Shown here one piece after another: positions 17,281 to 25,773 of a stretch of 36,270 bases of DNA; position 1 is the first letter of the stretch, and every line of letters begins with the position of its first letter. The stretch comes from Thermoleophilia bacterium (GTDB taxonomy: Bacteria > Actinomycetota > Thermoleophilia > Gaiellales > SKUG01). The stretch lies in NCBI GenBank assembly GCA_025964405.1, contig JAOPYW010000247.1, positions 1-36,270 on the forward strand, written 5' to 3'. The notes under the pieces are model-generated. The model searched no databases, was not told the origin of the DNA, and worked only from the letters and a program-made list of their open reading frames with translations. Both the position numbers and the translations under genes were made by a program.

Positions 17281-18563
17281 GCGGTGGCGGTCGCCGGGCT
17301 CAGGAGCTTCTCGAACCGCTCGGCGTCCTCGTACGGACCCACGACGGCGAGGTTGCGCTGCTCGGTGTTGAACAGCTCCTTCGCCACGCGCTGCACGTCG
17401 GCGATGCTCACCGCGTCGATCGCGGCCAGCGCCTGGGCGGGTTCCCAGAAGCCGCCCTCCACGACCTCGCGGCGCGCGCCGAACATGATGAGGCCGCGAG
17501 GATCCTCGACGCCCAGCACGAACTTGCCCTTGAGGTAGTTCTTCGCCTTGGTGAACTCGGCCTGGTCGGGGCCGTCGTCGGCGAGCTTCGCGAGCTCCTC
17601 GAGGATGGTGGTGATCGCCAGGTCGATGCGGTTCGTGTCGACACCGGCGGCCACGACCAGCGATCCGGCGTCGACGTACGCGTCGTGGTGCGAGTACACG
17701 TAGTAGCAGAGGCCGCGGCGTTCGCGCACCTCGGTGAACAGCCGGCTCGACATACCGCCACCGAGGATGGCGTTCATCACGCCGATCGCGTAGCGGTCGG
17801 GGCTGTCGAGGCCCGGCGCGCGCACGCCCAGCAGGAGGTGGGCCTGCTCGCTCTCCTTGTAGTGCACCTGCACCTTCGGTCCGTCCTGCGACCACTCGGC
17901 CGCCGCGCGGGTGCCCTCGTTGGCGGCGGGAATGGCGCTGAACGCCTCGGCGACCTTCGCCTTCGCGCTCTCCGAGACGTTGCCGGCGAGGCCGACGACG
18001 ACGCGGTTGGCGGTGTACCAGCGGTCGATGAACGAATGGAACAGCTCGGGCGTCGCGCCGCGGATGACGTCCTCGGTTCCGACGATGTCCCAGCCCAGCG
18101 GCGTGTCGCCGTAGAGCAGGTGGTCGTAGACGTTGCCGACGTAGCGCTGCGGGAGGTCGCGGTACATCGCCATCTCCTCGAGGATGACGCCCTTCTCGCG
18201 CTCGATCTCCTCACCGTCGAACTTGGAGTGGAGCAGCATGTCGCCGAGCACGTCGACCGCGAGGTCGAGGTGCTCCGCCGCGCTCTTCACGTAGTAGCCG
18301 GTGTACTCCTTGCCCGTGAAGGCGTTGAAGTCGCCGCCGATGCCGTCGATCTCGACCGAGATGTCACGCGCGGTGGGGCGTCGCTCCGTGCCCTTGAAGA
18401 ACATGTGCTCCGCGAAGTGGGCGATGCCGCACTGCTGCGCCTGCTCGAAGCGCGAACCCACGCCGAACATGACGAGGGCGGTGGCGCTGGGCGCATCGCC
18501 GTTGTGGGAGACGAGCGTACGGACGCCGTTCTCGAGGTGGTCGAGTTCGAACATGGAGGGCAT
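17277..18563 (-). CDS. M16 family (pitrilysin/insulinase-like) zinc peptidase
   Basis: Inverted zinc motif HFAEH (HxxEH) in GIAHFAEHMFFKGT, with a downstream EE in REKGVILEEM. The ATG at 18563 is preceded by GAAAGGAA. 428 aa. Confidence 0.9.
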   Translation of the reverse strand: MPSMFELDHLENGVRTLVSHNGDAPSATALVMFGVGSRFEQAQQCGIAHFAEHMFFKGTERRPTARDISVEIDGIGGDFNAFTGKEYTGYYVKSAAEHLDLAVDVLGDMLLHSKFDGEEIEREKGVILEEMAMYRDLPQRYVGNVYDHLLYGDTPLGWDIVGTEDVIRGATPELFHSFIDRWYTANRVVVGLAGNVSESAKAKVAEAFSAIPAANEGTRAAAEWSQDGPKVQVHYKESEQAHLLLGVRAPGLDSPDRYAIGVMNAILGGGMSSRLFTEVRERRGLCYYVYSHHDAYVDAGSLVVAAGVDTNRIDLAITTILEELAKLADDGPDQAEFTKAKNYLKGKFVLGVEDPRGLIMFGARREVVEGGFWEPAQALAAIDAVSIADVQRVAKELFNTEQRNLAVVGPYEDAERFEKLLSPATATA

Positions 18564-18731
18564 TTCCTTTCGGGGGCGTTCGTGCAGTGGGGAATCCATA
18601 CCACCTCGCCCCGCCCCACGAACCTCCGGCGTGCGGTGAAGGCACGCGCGCACCGACCGCGAACCTAGTGGAGGGCCCGCACGCGCACGCCAGATACACT
18701 CTCGCGCGCGCCCGCGGCGCCCCCGCACCAC

Positions 18732-21146
18732 ATGGAAACCATCCTCACCATCATCGCCACGCTGCTGGCCACGACCCTCGTCACCTGCGTGCCCGGCGCG
18801 GCGCTGCTGAGCGTGCTCCACCTCGATCGCGTCGTGCCGCCCCCGCTCGTTCCCGGTGCGGCGCTCGTGGTCGGGCTCGTGCCCATGGGCACCGCGCTCG
18901 GGCTCACGCTCTGGTGGTCACTCCCCATCGCCTACGTCGCCGGCGCGCTCGCGTTCCTCACGCTCGCCTGCTGGGCGACCCTCGCCGGACGCGTCAGGGC
19001 CGACGCCCGCCGAACCACGCCGCGCGACCGCTACCGCATGTCGCATGCGCGCGCGTGGGGCAGTCCGGCCCTGCGGCTCGTCGCCGGTGACTGGGCGCGC
19101 GCGATTCCGCTGGCCGCGTGGATCGTCGCGATCGCGACCCTCGCGATCGCCCTCACCGTCGGCTTCAACACCTGGAACGATTCGCTGTACCACATCGGCC
19201 AGGCCCAGAAGCTGCTGGCGCTCGACCACCCCGACTTCAACAACACCCTCCAGTTCCCCGACGGAACCGCGCACCCGGGCTACGTGCTCCCGATCTGGCA
19301 GGAGCTGATCGCGCTCGTCGCGTGGGTCACCCACGCCAACCCCGTCACCGTCGCGTGGATCATCCCCGGGGTCACCGTCACCATCGGGGCCCTGTCGATG
19401 GGCGGGCTCGGCTGGGCGCTCGCGCGCACCCCCAGGGCCACGGCGCTCGTCATGGTCGCGTGGCTGACCTCGGTCGTGATCGCCACGATGCCGTTCTCGG
19501 AGGCCGTGTTCGACGCGCTCCAGCCGGGCGAGGTCGCGCTCGACGTGATCATCCCGCTGGTGCTCGCGCTGCTCTTCACCGCGCTCTGGCCGACGACCGA
19601 CCTCGACGCCGGGCCCGGCACCCTGACCCCGCGCCAGTCGACGTGGGCCGCGACGCTGCTCATGAGCATCGGCGTGGCCGAGATCGCGCTCCTGCACGTG
19701 AGCTACAACATGGTGCTCGCGCTCGGCATCATCGGCTACCTCGCATTCTGGGCCCTGCGCTCGCCGTGGCCGCGCGAGGTCGTCTGGCGACACGCCCGTG
19801 TGCTCGTACCGATCGCGATGTCAGCGGCGGTGACCACGGCCATCCTCGTGCCCGGCCTGAGCAAGCTGCAGAGCTTCGGCAAGACGGCGCAGGAGGAGCT
19901 CAAGCTCAACAGCACCGACCTGTACAAGGGCAAGCTCGGCGCGCCGCTCGAGGCGCTCCTGCGCGGGGGCACCGAGCACTTCCACCTGCGTCCCGACTAC
20001 CTCGTGCTCGGTGGCGGGCTCGCGCTCGTCGGCCTGCTCGCCCTGCCGCTCGCGCTGCTCGCGCCGCGCTGGCCCGCGGGCTGGTACCTCTCGGGTTCCG
20101 CGCTGCTCGTGCTCGGCATCGCCCTCTCCGATCGTCTCTTCCCGGCATTCGTGACGGCGGTGTCACTCGACCAGGCCCGACGCATCGAGACGGTACTGCC
20201 CCTGTCAGCCGGGCTCGCGCTCGGGGCGGCGGCCACCGGTATCGTCGGCACGCGCCTGTGGGCGCACGGCACCATCCCGGCGCGCACGCTCGCCGCGTTC
20301 ACCATCGCTGCGGTGGTAGGCGCCGCAGCGCACGCCGCCGACACGATCGGGCAGCTCGGCGGCTACGGCGGCGACACCATCGTGAGTGGACGCTGGATCC
20401 TCGCGCCGCTCGGCGTGCTGCTGCTGGGCGCGGCCCTCTACGTCATCTCCCTCGCCGTGCGCGTCGTGGTCGCGCCGATCGAGCGGCGCACGGCGCCACG
20501 CGAGGGCGACGTCGAACGCACCCGCTCGCGCCTGCGTCGACTGCTCCCCATCGCCACCTGGGAGTGGCCGAGCGCGCAGCTCACGAACTCGGCGTCGCTC
20601 GTCGCACTGCTCGTGCTGCTCGTCGGGGCGGCGCCGCTGTGGGGGCGCATCGACGACACGACGCAGCCGATCCGTCGTCACGGTATCCCGCTCGACCAGC
20701 GTGAGGCCGAACTGCGGCTCTTCGCGCCCGAGGTCGCGGCCGAGCTGCGCACGCTCCCCACCGACACCGTGCTGCTCGCCGACCCGACGGGCCGCAACCC
20801 GTACTACGCGATGGCGCTCGCGCCGATCTACGTCGTCTCGAGCGTGCCGCGCCACACGGCGACGACCCCGAAGAACCGGGTGCCCGAGCGCTTCGAGGAT
20901 GCCACCGAGTTCTTCGACCCGAAGACGTCGAACACGCGCCGCCTCGAGCTGCTCACGAAGTACGACGTGACGGCCATCGTGATCCACCCGAATGCGAACC
21001 CGTCGATCATGGAGTTCCTCACGTCGATGCCCGGCATCACGCCGGGTGCGATCGGCAAGAACCAACGGCTCTTCCACGTCAGCCCGCAGCGCCTGCTCAC
21101 CGCTCCTCCGCTCGACGGCGCGGGTGGGTTCGTCAAGCTGCGCTGA
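18732..21146 (+). CDS. large polytopic membrane protein with a C-terminal soluble domain (candidate GT-C-type glycosyltransferase)
   Basis: 804 aa. More than 12 hydrophobic helices over the first ~600 aa, then a ~190-aa hydrophilic C-terminal domain. The architecture resembles polyprenyl-phosphate-sugar-dependent GT-C enzymes. The family was not identified by motif. Confidence 0.7.
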   Translation: METILTIIATLLATTLVTCVPGAALLSVLHLDRVVPPPLVPGAALVVGLVPMGTALGLTLWWSLPIAYVAGALAFLTLACWATLAGRVRADARRTTPRDRYRMSHARAWGSPALRLVAGDWARAIPLAAWIVAIATLAIALTVGFNTWNDSLYHIGQAQKLLALDHPDFNNTLQFPDGTAHPGYVLPIWQELIALVAWVTHANPVTVAWIIPGVTVTIGALSMGGLGWALARTPRATALVMVAWLTSVVIATMPFSEAVFDALQPGEVALDVIIPLVLALLFTALWPTTDLDAGPGTLTPRQSTWAATLLMSIGVAEIALLHVSYNMVLALGIIGYLAFWALRSPWPREVVWRHARVLVPIAMSAAVTTAILVPGLSKLQSFGKTAQEELKLNSTDLYKGKLGAPLEALLRGGTEHFHLRPDYLVLGGGLALVGLLALPLALLAPRWPAGWYLSGSALLVLGIALSDRLFPAFVTAVSLDQARRIETVLPLSAGLALGAAATGIVGTRLWAHGTIPARTLAAFTIAAVVGAAAHAADTIGQLGGYGGDTIVSGRWILAPLGVLLLGAALYVISLAVRVVVAPIERRTAPREGDVERTRSRLRRLLPIATWEWPSAQLTNSASLVALLVLLVGAAPLWGRIDDTTQPIRRHGIPLDQREAELRLFAPEVAAELRTLPTDTVLLADPTGRNPYYAMALAPIYVVSSVPRHTATTPKNRVPERFEDATEFFDPKTSNTRRLELLTKYDVTAIVIHPNANPSIMEFLTSMPGITPGAIGKNQRLFHVSPQRLLTAPPLDGAGGFVKLR

Positions 21147-21323
21147 CCCCCACCCGCCGGTCGCGGAGCGCGCGGTGTCATGGTCGCGCACATGCACCGT
21201 GACCCCGCGAAAAGCGCCGCTAACAAAAGCATTACTCAAGTCGTGCAGCGCGCGAACCGACCTGCAGGGGTACTGCGGTCGTTCGAGGTACCACCTGGCC
21301 TCACCGCAGTGGAGGCACGCACC

Positions 21324-22016
21324 ATGAGCGACACCAAGGGACAGCACATCCTGATCGTGGAGGACGAGGAGAACATCTCGTCGTTCGTGAAGCTCTACCT
21401 CGAGCGCGAGGGCTTCAACGTCACGATCGCCCCCACCGGCGCGGAGGCCATCGGCGCCTTCGAGGAGAAGGTCGACCTGGTCACCCTCGACCTCATGCTC
21501 CCTGACATGGACGGCCTCGAGATCTGCCGCCAGATCCGCGCCAAGAGCACCGTGCCGATCATCATGCTCACGGCCCGCGACGAGGACATCGACAAGATCG
21601 TCGGGCTCGAGGTCGGTGCCGACGACTACGTCACCAAGCCGTTCAACGCGCGCGAGCTCGTGGCGCGCATCAAGTCGATCCTGCGCCGCGCCAGCGCGCC
21701 CGTGAAGACGTCGAAGCGACTCGAGAGCGGCCGCATCCAGATCGACGCCGCCCGGCGCGAATGCCTGGTCGACGGCGAGCAGGTGATGCTGGCCCCCAAG
21801 GAGTTCGACCTTCTCTGGGAGCTGCTCGAGCGCAACGGTGACGTGCTCGATCGCGAGCACCTGCTCGAGAAGGTGTGGGGCTACACGTTCGCCGGCGACA
21901 CCCGCACCGTCGACGTGCACGTGCGCCAGCTGCGCAAGAAGCTCGGCGACGACTGTCCGATCGTGACCGTCTGGGGCTCCGGCTACAAGGTCGGCACCGA
22001 GGTGCACGCCGCGTGA
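21324..22016 (+). CDS. OmpR-family response regulator
   Basis: Receiver domain ILIVEDEE...DLVTLDLMLPDMDG...DDYVTKPF and a winged-helix C-terminus DTRTVDVHVRQLRKKLG. GGAGG RBS at 21311. Confidence 0.95.
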   Translation: MSDTKGQHILIVEDEENISSFVKLYLEREGFNVTIAPTGAEAIGAFEEKVDLVTLDLMLPDMDGLEICRQIRAKSTVPIIMLTARDEDIDKIVGLEVGADDYVTKPFNARELVARIKSILRRASAPVKTSKRLESGRIQIDAARRECLVDGEQVMLAPKEFDLLWELLERNGDVLDREHLLEKVWGYTFAGDTRTVDVHVRQLRKKLGDDCPIVTVWGSGYKVGTEVHAA

Positions 22017-22056
22017 CGGTGCCCGTCCGCCTGGCCGCAGCGCGGAGCCAGACGCC

Positions 22057-23097
22057 ATGATCATGTCGCTCCGCGCACGCCTCGGCGCCCTGGCGGCGCT
22101 GCTCGTGCTCGGCGGCCTCGCGGTCGGCGGCATCGCTGCGTGGGTCATCGTCAGCGACGTCACCCACCGCGACGCGCGGGCGGCCGTGGTCGTCGGCACC
22201 GCAACCGTCGCCGTGCTGCTGGTGATCGGCGGCGTGCTGCTCGTGCACCGCCAGCTCGCGCCGTTCCTTCACCTCGTGCGCGCGTCGCGCGAGATCACCC
22301 AGGGCCGCCATCCCGACGAGGCCCTCGGGAGCATCCGCCTCGACGGCGAGCTCGCGGAGATCGCCGACGGCATGCGCACCCTCGCGCTGCGCCTGCGCGA
22401 GATCGACGCGACCGATCGCCGGTTCCTCATGTCGATCTCCCACGAGCTGCGCACGCCGCTCACCGCGATCACCGGGCACGCCCAGGCGATCGAGGACTTC
22501 GCCGACGAACCCGAGATGCGCGGCCAGTCGGTGCAGGTCATCCGCAAGGAGGCCGAGCGACTCGAGCGACTCGTCGAGGACATCGTCGACCTCGCGCGCC
22601 TGCGCTCCAACCGGTTCACGACCGTCACGGAGAGCGTCTACCTCGACGAACTCGGCGAACACCTGCTCGCGATCTTCGACGGCTCCTCGCCGGGTGCCGA
22701 GCCCGCGCCCGGCGCGGCGCGCGTCGACGTCGCGGGTGACTTCGAGCACGTGATGCTCCACTCCGACGGCCAACGCATCCTCCAGATCCTCCGCAACCTC
22801 GTCGGCAACGGGCTGCGGTACGCAGACACCACGGTCACGGTGACGGGTGAGCGAACGTCGGGCGGCCACGTGAAGCTGGCCGTCTTCAACGATGGGGAGC
22901 CGATCTCGGAGCTGCAGCGCGAGCGCATCTTCGAGCCGTTCGTCGGTACGAAGCGCGAGGGTGGCCTCGGCCTCGGGCTCGCGATCGGCCGCGAACTCGC
23001 CTGGGCCCTGGGCGGCAACCTGCGCTGCGTCGACCGCGTCGACGGCGCGGAGTTCGAGCTGCTGCTGCCGCTCGAGCCGCCGGATTTCGATCGCTGA
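22057..23097 (+). CDS. sensor histidine kinase, intramembrane-sensing type (two TM helices separated by ~11 residues)
   Basis: TM1 ALAALLVLGGLAVGGIAAWVIV, loop SDVTHRDARAA, TM2 VVVGTATVAVLLVIGGVLLV. A HAMP-like segment follows. H-box SISHELRTPLTAI, N-box RNLVGNGLRYA, G-box REGGLGLGLAI. Confidence 0.9.
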   Translation: MIMSLRARLGALAALLVLGGLAVGGIAAWVIVSDVTHRDARAAVVVGTATVAVLLVIGGVLLVHRQLAPFLHLVRASREITQGRHPDEALGSIRLDGELAEIADGMRTLALRLREIDATDRRFLMSISHELRTPLTAITGHAQAIEDFADEPEMRGQSVQVIRKEAERLERLVEDIVDLARLRSNRFTTVTESVYLDELGEHLLAIFDGSSPGAEPAPGAARVDVAGDFEHVMLHSDGQRILQILRNLVGNGLRYADTTVTVTGERTSGGHVKLAVFNDGEPISELQRERIFEPFVGTKREGGLGLGLAIGRELAWALGGNLRCVDRVDGAEFELLLPLEPPDFDR

Positions 23098-23117
23098 AAT
23101 CGACGTTGCTGCGTCAA

Positions 23118-23136
23118 GCGGCCGTTCCCTGGCCGC
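23118..23136 (+). terminator. weak hairpin after the kinase gene
   Basis: GCGGCC-GTTCCCT-GGCCGC, 21 nt past the stop. No U-tract. Confidence 0.3.
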
Positions 23137-23250
23137 AATTCTCGTCAAATCGCTTCACATCGCTGCGTCCCCGTCGTACGCTCGGGGAACACTGTAGTGG
23201 CTGCACCGTGCTCTGGTGCGCCCCCCCTGAAGTCGACCGAGGAGACGGAC

Positions 23251-23763
23251 TTGCCCGCACCGCTGCGCATCGCACGCCGCTCCGCCCTGCTCGCACTCGT
23301 CGTGGCCGTGGCCGCGCTCACGGCCCTCACCGGTTCGGCCTCGGCAGCCGCACCGGCACCCGACACGTCGGTGCTGACGATCTGTCCGGCCCTCGGCACG
23401 GCCCCGGTCACCACGCTGGCCGGCGAACGTGCGTGCGTGTCGAACGACTGCGCATCGATCGCCTTCGCCGCGACCGGCAGCACCAACGGCTGCACCGCCG
23501 ACACCGTGCAGCAGCAGTGGATCATGTCGTCGACGACCCACGACACGACACCCGCGACGCCCGGCCCGATCACCGGCTCGTTCGCGCGGGTGCTCCCTGC
23601 CGAGGCGACGACATCGGTGACGACGCTTGCCATCCGCGCACTGATCGGCGTGGGCGTGGGCGCCCTGCTCCTTGCCGCGGCACTCGCCTTCCGCACCCAG
23701 CGCACGCCGCGCACGGTCGGAACCGAACGCGCAGCGACACGTCAGCCAGCCGAAGTCACCTGA
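23251..23763 (+). CDS. small secreted, C-terminally membrane-anchored protein with four Cys
   Basis: The TTG at 23251 is preceded by GGAGA with a 5-nt spacer; the longest ORF starts at 23197. Signal-like RIARRSALLALVVAVAALTALTGSASA. C-terminal helix LIGVGVGALLLAAALAF followed by RTQRTPR. Confidence 0.5.
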   Translation: MPAPLRIARRSALLALVVAVAALTALTGSASAAAPAPDTSVLTICPALGTAPVTTLAGERACVSNDCASIAFAATGSTNGCTADTVQQQWIMSSTTHDTTPATPGPITGSFARVLPAEATTSVTTLAIRALIGVGVGALLLAAALAFRTQRTPRTVGTERAATRQPAEVT

Positions 23764-23819
23764 GCCTGAGGTCCACCGAGCCACGCCTCGGCCTGCGTGG
23801 TGTGTGCCGAGCGCGTGGC

Positions 23820-24302
23820 CTAGCGTGTGGAGACGTCGCGCGGAGCGACGGGACCGCAGTCGGCACAGTGCCACGCGACCATGACGCCCGTGCCGCACTC
23901 GTCGTGCACGAGCCCCGGCATGCCATCACCGAGGTGACGTGAACCCCAGTCGGCGAGCACGCCGGCGACGCGCGCCAGCTCGGCGCCCGCGACCGACAGC
24001 CGGTAGTTCCACCGCACGGGTGCGTCGGAGTACTGGCTGCGCGTGATGATGCCGGCATCCTCGAGACGACGGAGGCGCTCGCTCAGCACCGTGCGCGCGA
24101 TCGGCTTGAGGGCCAGCGCCAGGTCGTTGAAGCGCTGCGCGCCCGTGGTGAGCTGCGCCACGACGGCGAGCGACCAGCGATCGCCGACGACCGCGAGGGC
24201 CTTGGCGAGCGGCAGCTCGGCGAACCCACGGATCGCGTCTGCAGCGGGTGCAGGTGCGTCGCTCGTGAGCGGTGCGGAGCCGGGTGCGGGAAGGGTCACC
24301 AT
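23820..24302 (-). CDS. HxlR-family winged-helix transcriptional regulator with a Cys/His-containing C-terminal extension
   Basis: VVGDRWSLAVVAQLTTGAQRFNDLALALKPIARTVLSERLRRLEDAGII is a typical HxlR core. The tail is HDECGTGVMVAWHCADCG. Confidence 0.85.
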   Translation of the reverse strand: MVTLPAPGSAPLTSDAPAPAADAIRGFAELPLAKALAVVGDRWSLAVVAQLTTGAQRFNDLALALKPIARTVLSERLRRLEDAGIITRSQYSDAPVRWNYRLSVAGAELARVAGVLADWGSRHLGDGMPGLVHDECGTGVMVAWHCADCGPVAPRDVSTR

Positions 24303-24333
24303 GGGAGTAACCCTAGAACGGTCGTCGGACGCG

Positions 24334-25326
24334 TCAGGCCGACCGCAGCTCGCGACTACGGCGGATGAACTCGAGCAGCGCCTGCCCGCGCCGCGAGAGC
24401 CGCCGGTTCGTGCGATGCACGGCGTAGTAGCTCGACTCCGGCGCGAAGCCCGCGATGTCGAGCACCACGAGCGAACCGACCTCCAGCTGCACCCCGATCG
24501 ACTGCTGCCACACGCACCCGATGCCCCAGCCTGAGGCCACCGCGCTCTTCACGCTCTCCTGGTTGCCGAGCTCGGCCTGCACGTCGAAGTGGTTGAGCGT
24601 GAGCCCCCGCTGCGCGAGCTCGGTCTCGAACGTCGCGCGCAGGTTCGCGCCGGGCGACTGGGCCACGAATGCCTCGCCGCGCAGGTCGTCGAAGGCGAGG
24701 CCGACGCTCCCCGCCAGCGGATGCGTCGGTGCCGCCACGAGCACGAATCGGTCCTCCCACACCGGGTCGAACTGCAGCCCCGCGCGCGCCCAGGTGCCGC
24801 CGACGAACCCCAGTTCGAGGTCGTGCGCGAACACCTCGTCGACGATCGTCGCGGCACCCGACAGCCGCAGCTCCATGTGCACGTCGGGGTACTCCACGCG
24901 AAACCCGTGCAGGAGCGGCGGCAGCCAGTGCTCACCGAGACCCGGCGTCGCGCCGATGCGCAGGCGCCCCCCGACGTTCACGTTCATCTGTTCGAGATCG
25001 GCGTACAGCGCCGACTGCAGCCCGACGATCGAGCGCGCATAGCGTTCGAACACGGTTCCGGCGCGCGTGAGCTTGGCGCTCCGGCCGCGTCCGCGGTCGA
25101 GCAGGCGCGTGCCCAGGCGTTTCTCCAGCTCGTTGAGCTGGTGGGTGATGCCCGGCTGGCTCAGGCCGAGCGTGCGCGCCGCGGTCGAGAGCCGCCCGCC
25201 CGCGTCGACCACCGCGAGGAACGTGCCGAAGTGCTGCGGGTTGAGGGGGAGCTGCGCCTGCTGCGGCGCCGACTCCGGGCCCGGTGCGGGCAGCTCGGGC
25301 GAGGTCGCGTCGTCGGGCGTGCTCAT
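24334..25326 (-). CDS. LysR-family transcriptional regulator
   Basis: The HTH region FLAVVDAGGRLSTAARTLGLSQPGITHQLNELEKRLGTRLLDR is followed by a LysR substrate-binding domain. Confidence 0.93.
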   Translation of the reverse strand: MSTPDDATSPELPAPGPESAPQQAQLPLNPQHFGTFLAVVDAGGRLSTAARTLGLSQPGITHQLNELEKRLGTRLLDRGRGRSAKLTRAGTVFERYARSIVGLQSALYADLEQMNVNVGGRLRIGATPGLGEHWLPPLLHGFRVEYPDVHMELRLSGAATIVDEVFAHDLELGFVGGTWARAGLQFDPVWEDRFVLVAAPTHPLAGSVGLAFDDLRGEAFVAQSPGANLRATFETELAQRGLTLNHFDVQAELGNQESVKSAVASGWGIGCVWQQSIGVQLEVGSLVVLDIAGFAPESSYYAVHRTNRRLSRRGQALLEFIRRSRELRSA

Positions 25327-25365
25327 GCTGCCAGCATAGTCGAGGTATCAACGACTCGCATACCT

Positions 25366-25632
25366 TCAGGGGCGTGGCACCACGAGGTCGACGCTCACCG
25401 GGGCCAGCGACGCGATGAGCCCGCCGTCGTCGACGCACGCGGTCAGGCGCAGGGTCTGGCAGGCGTAGTCGTCCCAGTGCGCCGTCAGCTCCACCTCGAA
25501 CGACGCACCCGACGGGCCGATGGCGCCGACCCGCTGCGGGGTGAGGTAGTGCGCGACCAGCGAGTCGAACGGTTCGCGCGCGATGCCGTCGAGGATGCGC
25601 TCGGCGACGCTGCGGGCTTCGGCTCGGTGCAC
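25366..25632 (-). CDS. small hypothetical protein (88 aa); start uncertain
   Basis: Strong G/C third-position bias across 25366-25632. The first in-frame plausible start is GTG 25632, which has no good RBS. Sequence upstream in the same ORF is Arg-rich and looks non-coding. It ends 39 nt before the LysR start. Confidence 0.4.
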   Translation of the reverse strand: MHRAEARSVAERILDGIAREPFDSLVAHYLTPQRVGAIGPSGASFEVELTAHWDDYACQTLRLTACVDDGGLIASLAPVSVDLVVPRP

Positions 25633-25773
25633 GGGTGGATCCAGTCGTCGGGCAGCGCCGGGGCGGCAGCCAAACCGACCATGTGCCCGTCGTCTGCGGG
25701 AGTAGGCCCGGGGGCCGTGTGCGGTCGTTGCAAATGCGAAGTAATGGGACGACGCGGGAACAGTTTGGAGGGA

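Noticed and set aside
12778-17538. Very long ORFs in the supplied track (12778..14727 +, 14887..17538 +). Similar cases are 1838..3268 +, 6968..8863 +, 20205..22199 -, 3803..5050 -, and 24589..25773 as the upstream part of the protease ORF.
   Set aside because: Their translations are Arg/Gly/Ala/Pro/His-rich with no motifs. They lie antisense to, or out of frame with, genes carrying unmistakable family signatures (antiporter, amt, groEL, response regulator and others). Long spurious ORFs are expected in very GC-rich DNA because stop codons are rare off-frame.
23593-23610. LPAEAT followed by a hydrophobic helix and basic tail in the small secreted protein, which resembles a sortase sorting signal.
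   Set aside because: The motif is not LPXTG or LAXTG: there is no Thr-Gly at positions 4-5. About 12 residues separate it from the helix. No sortase gene is in the window.
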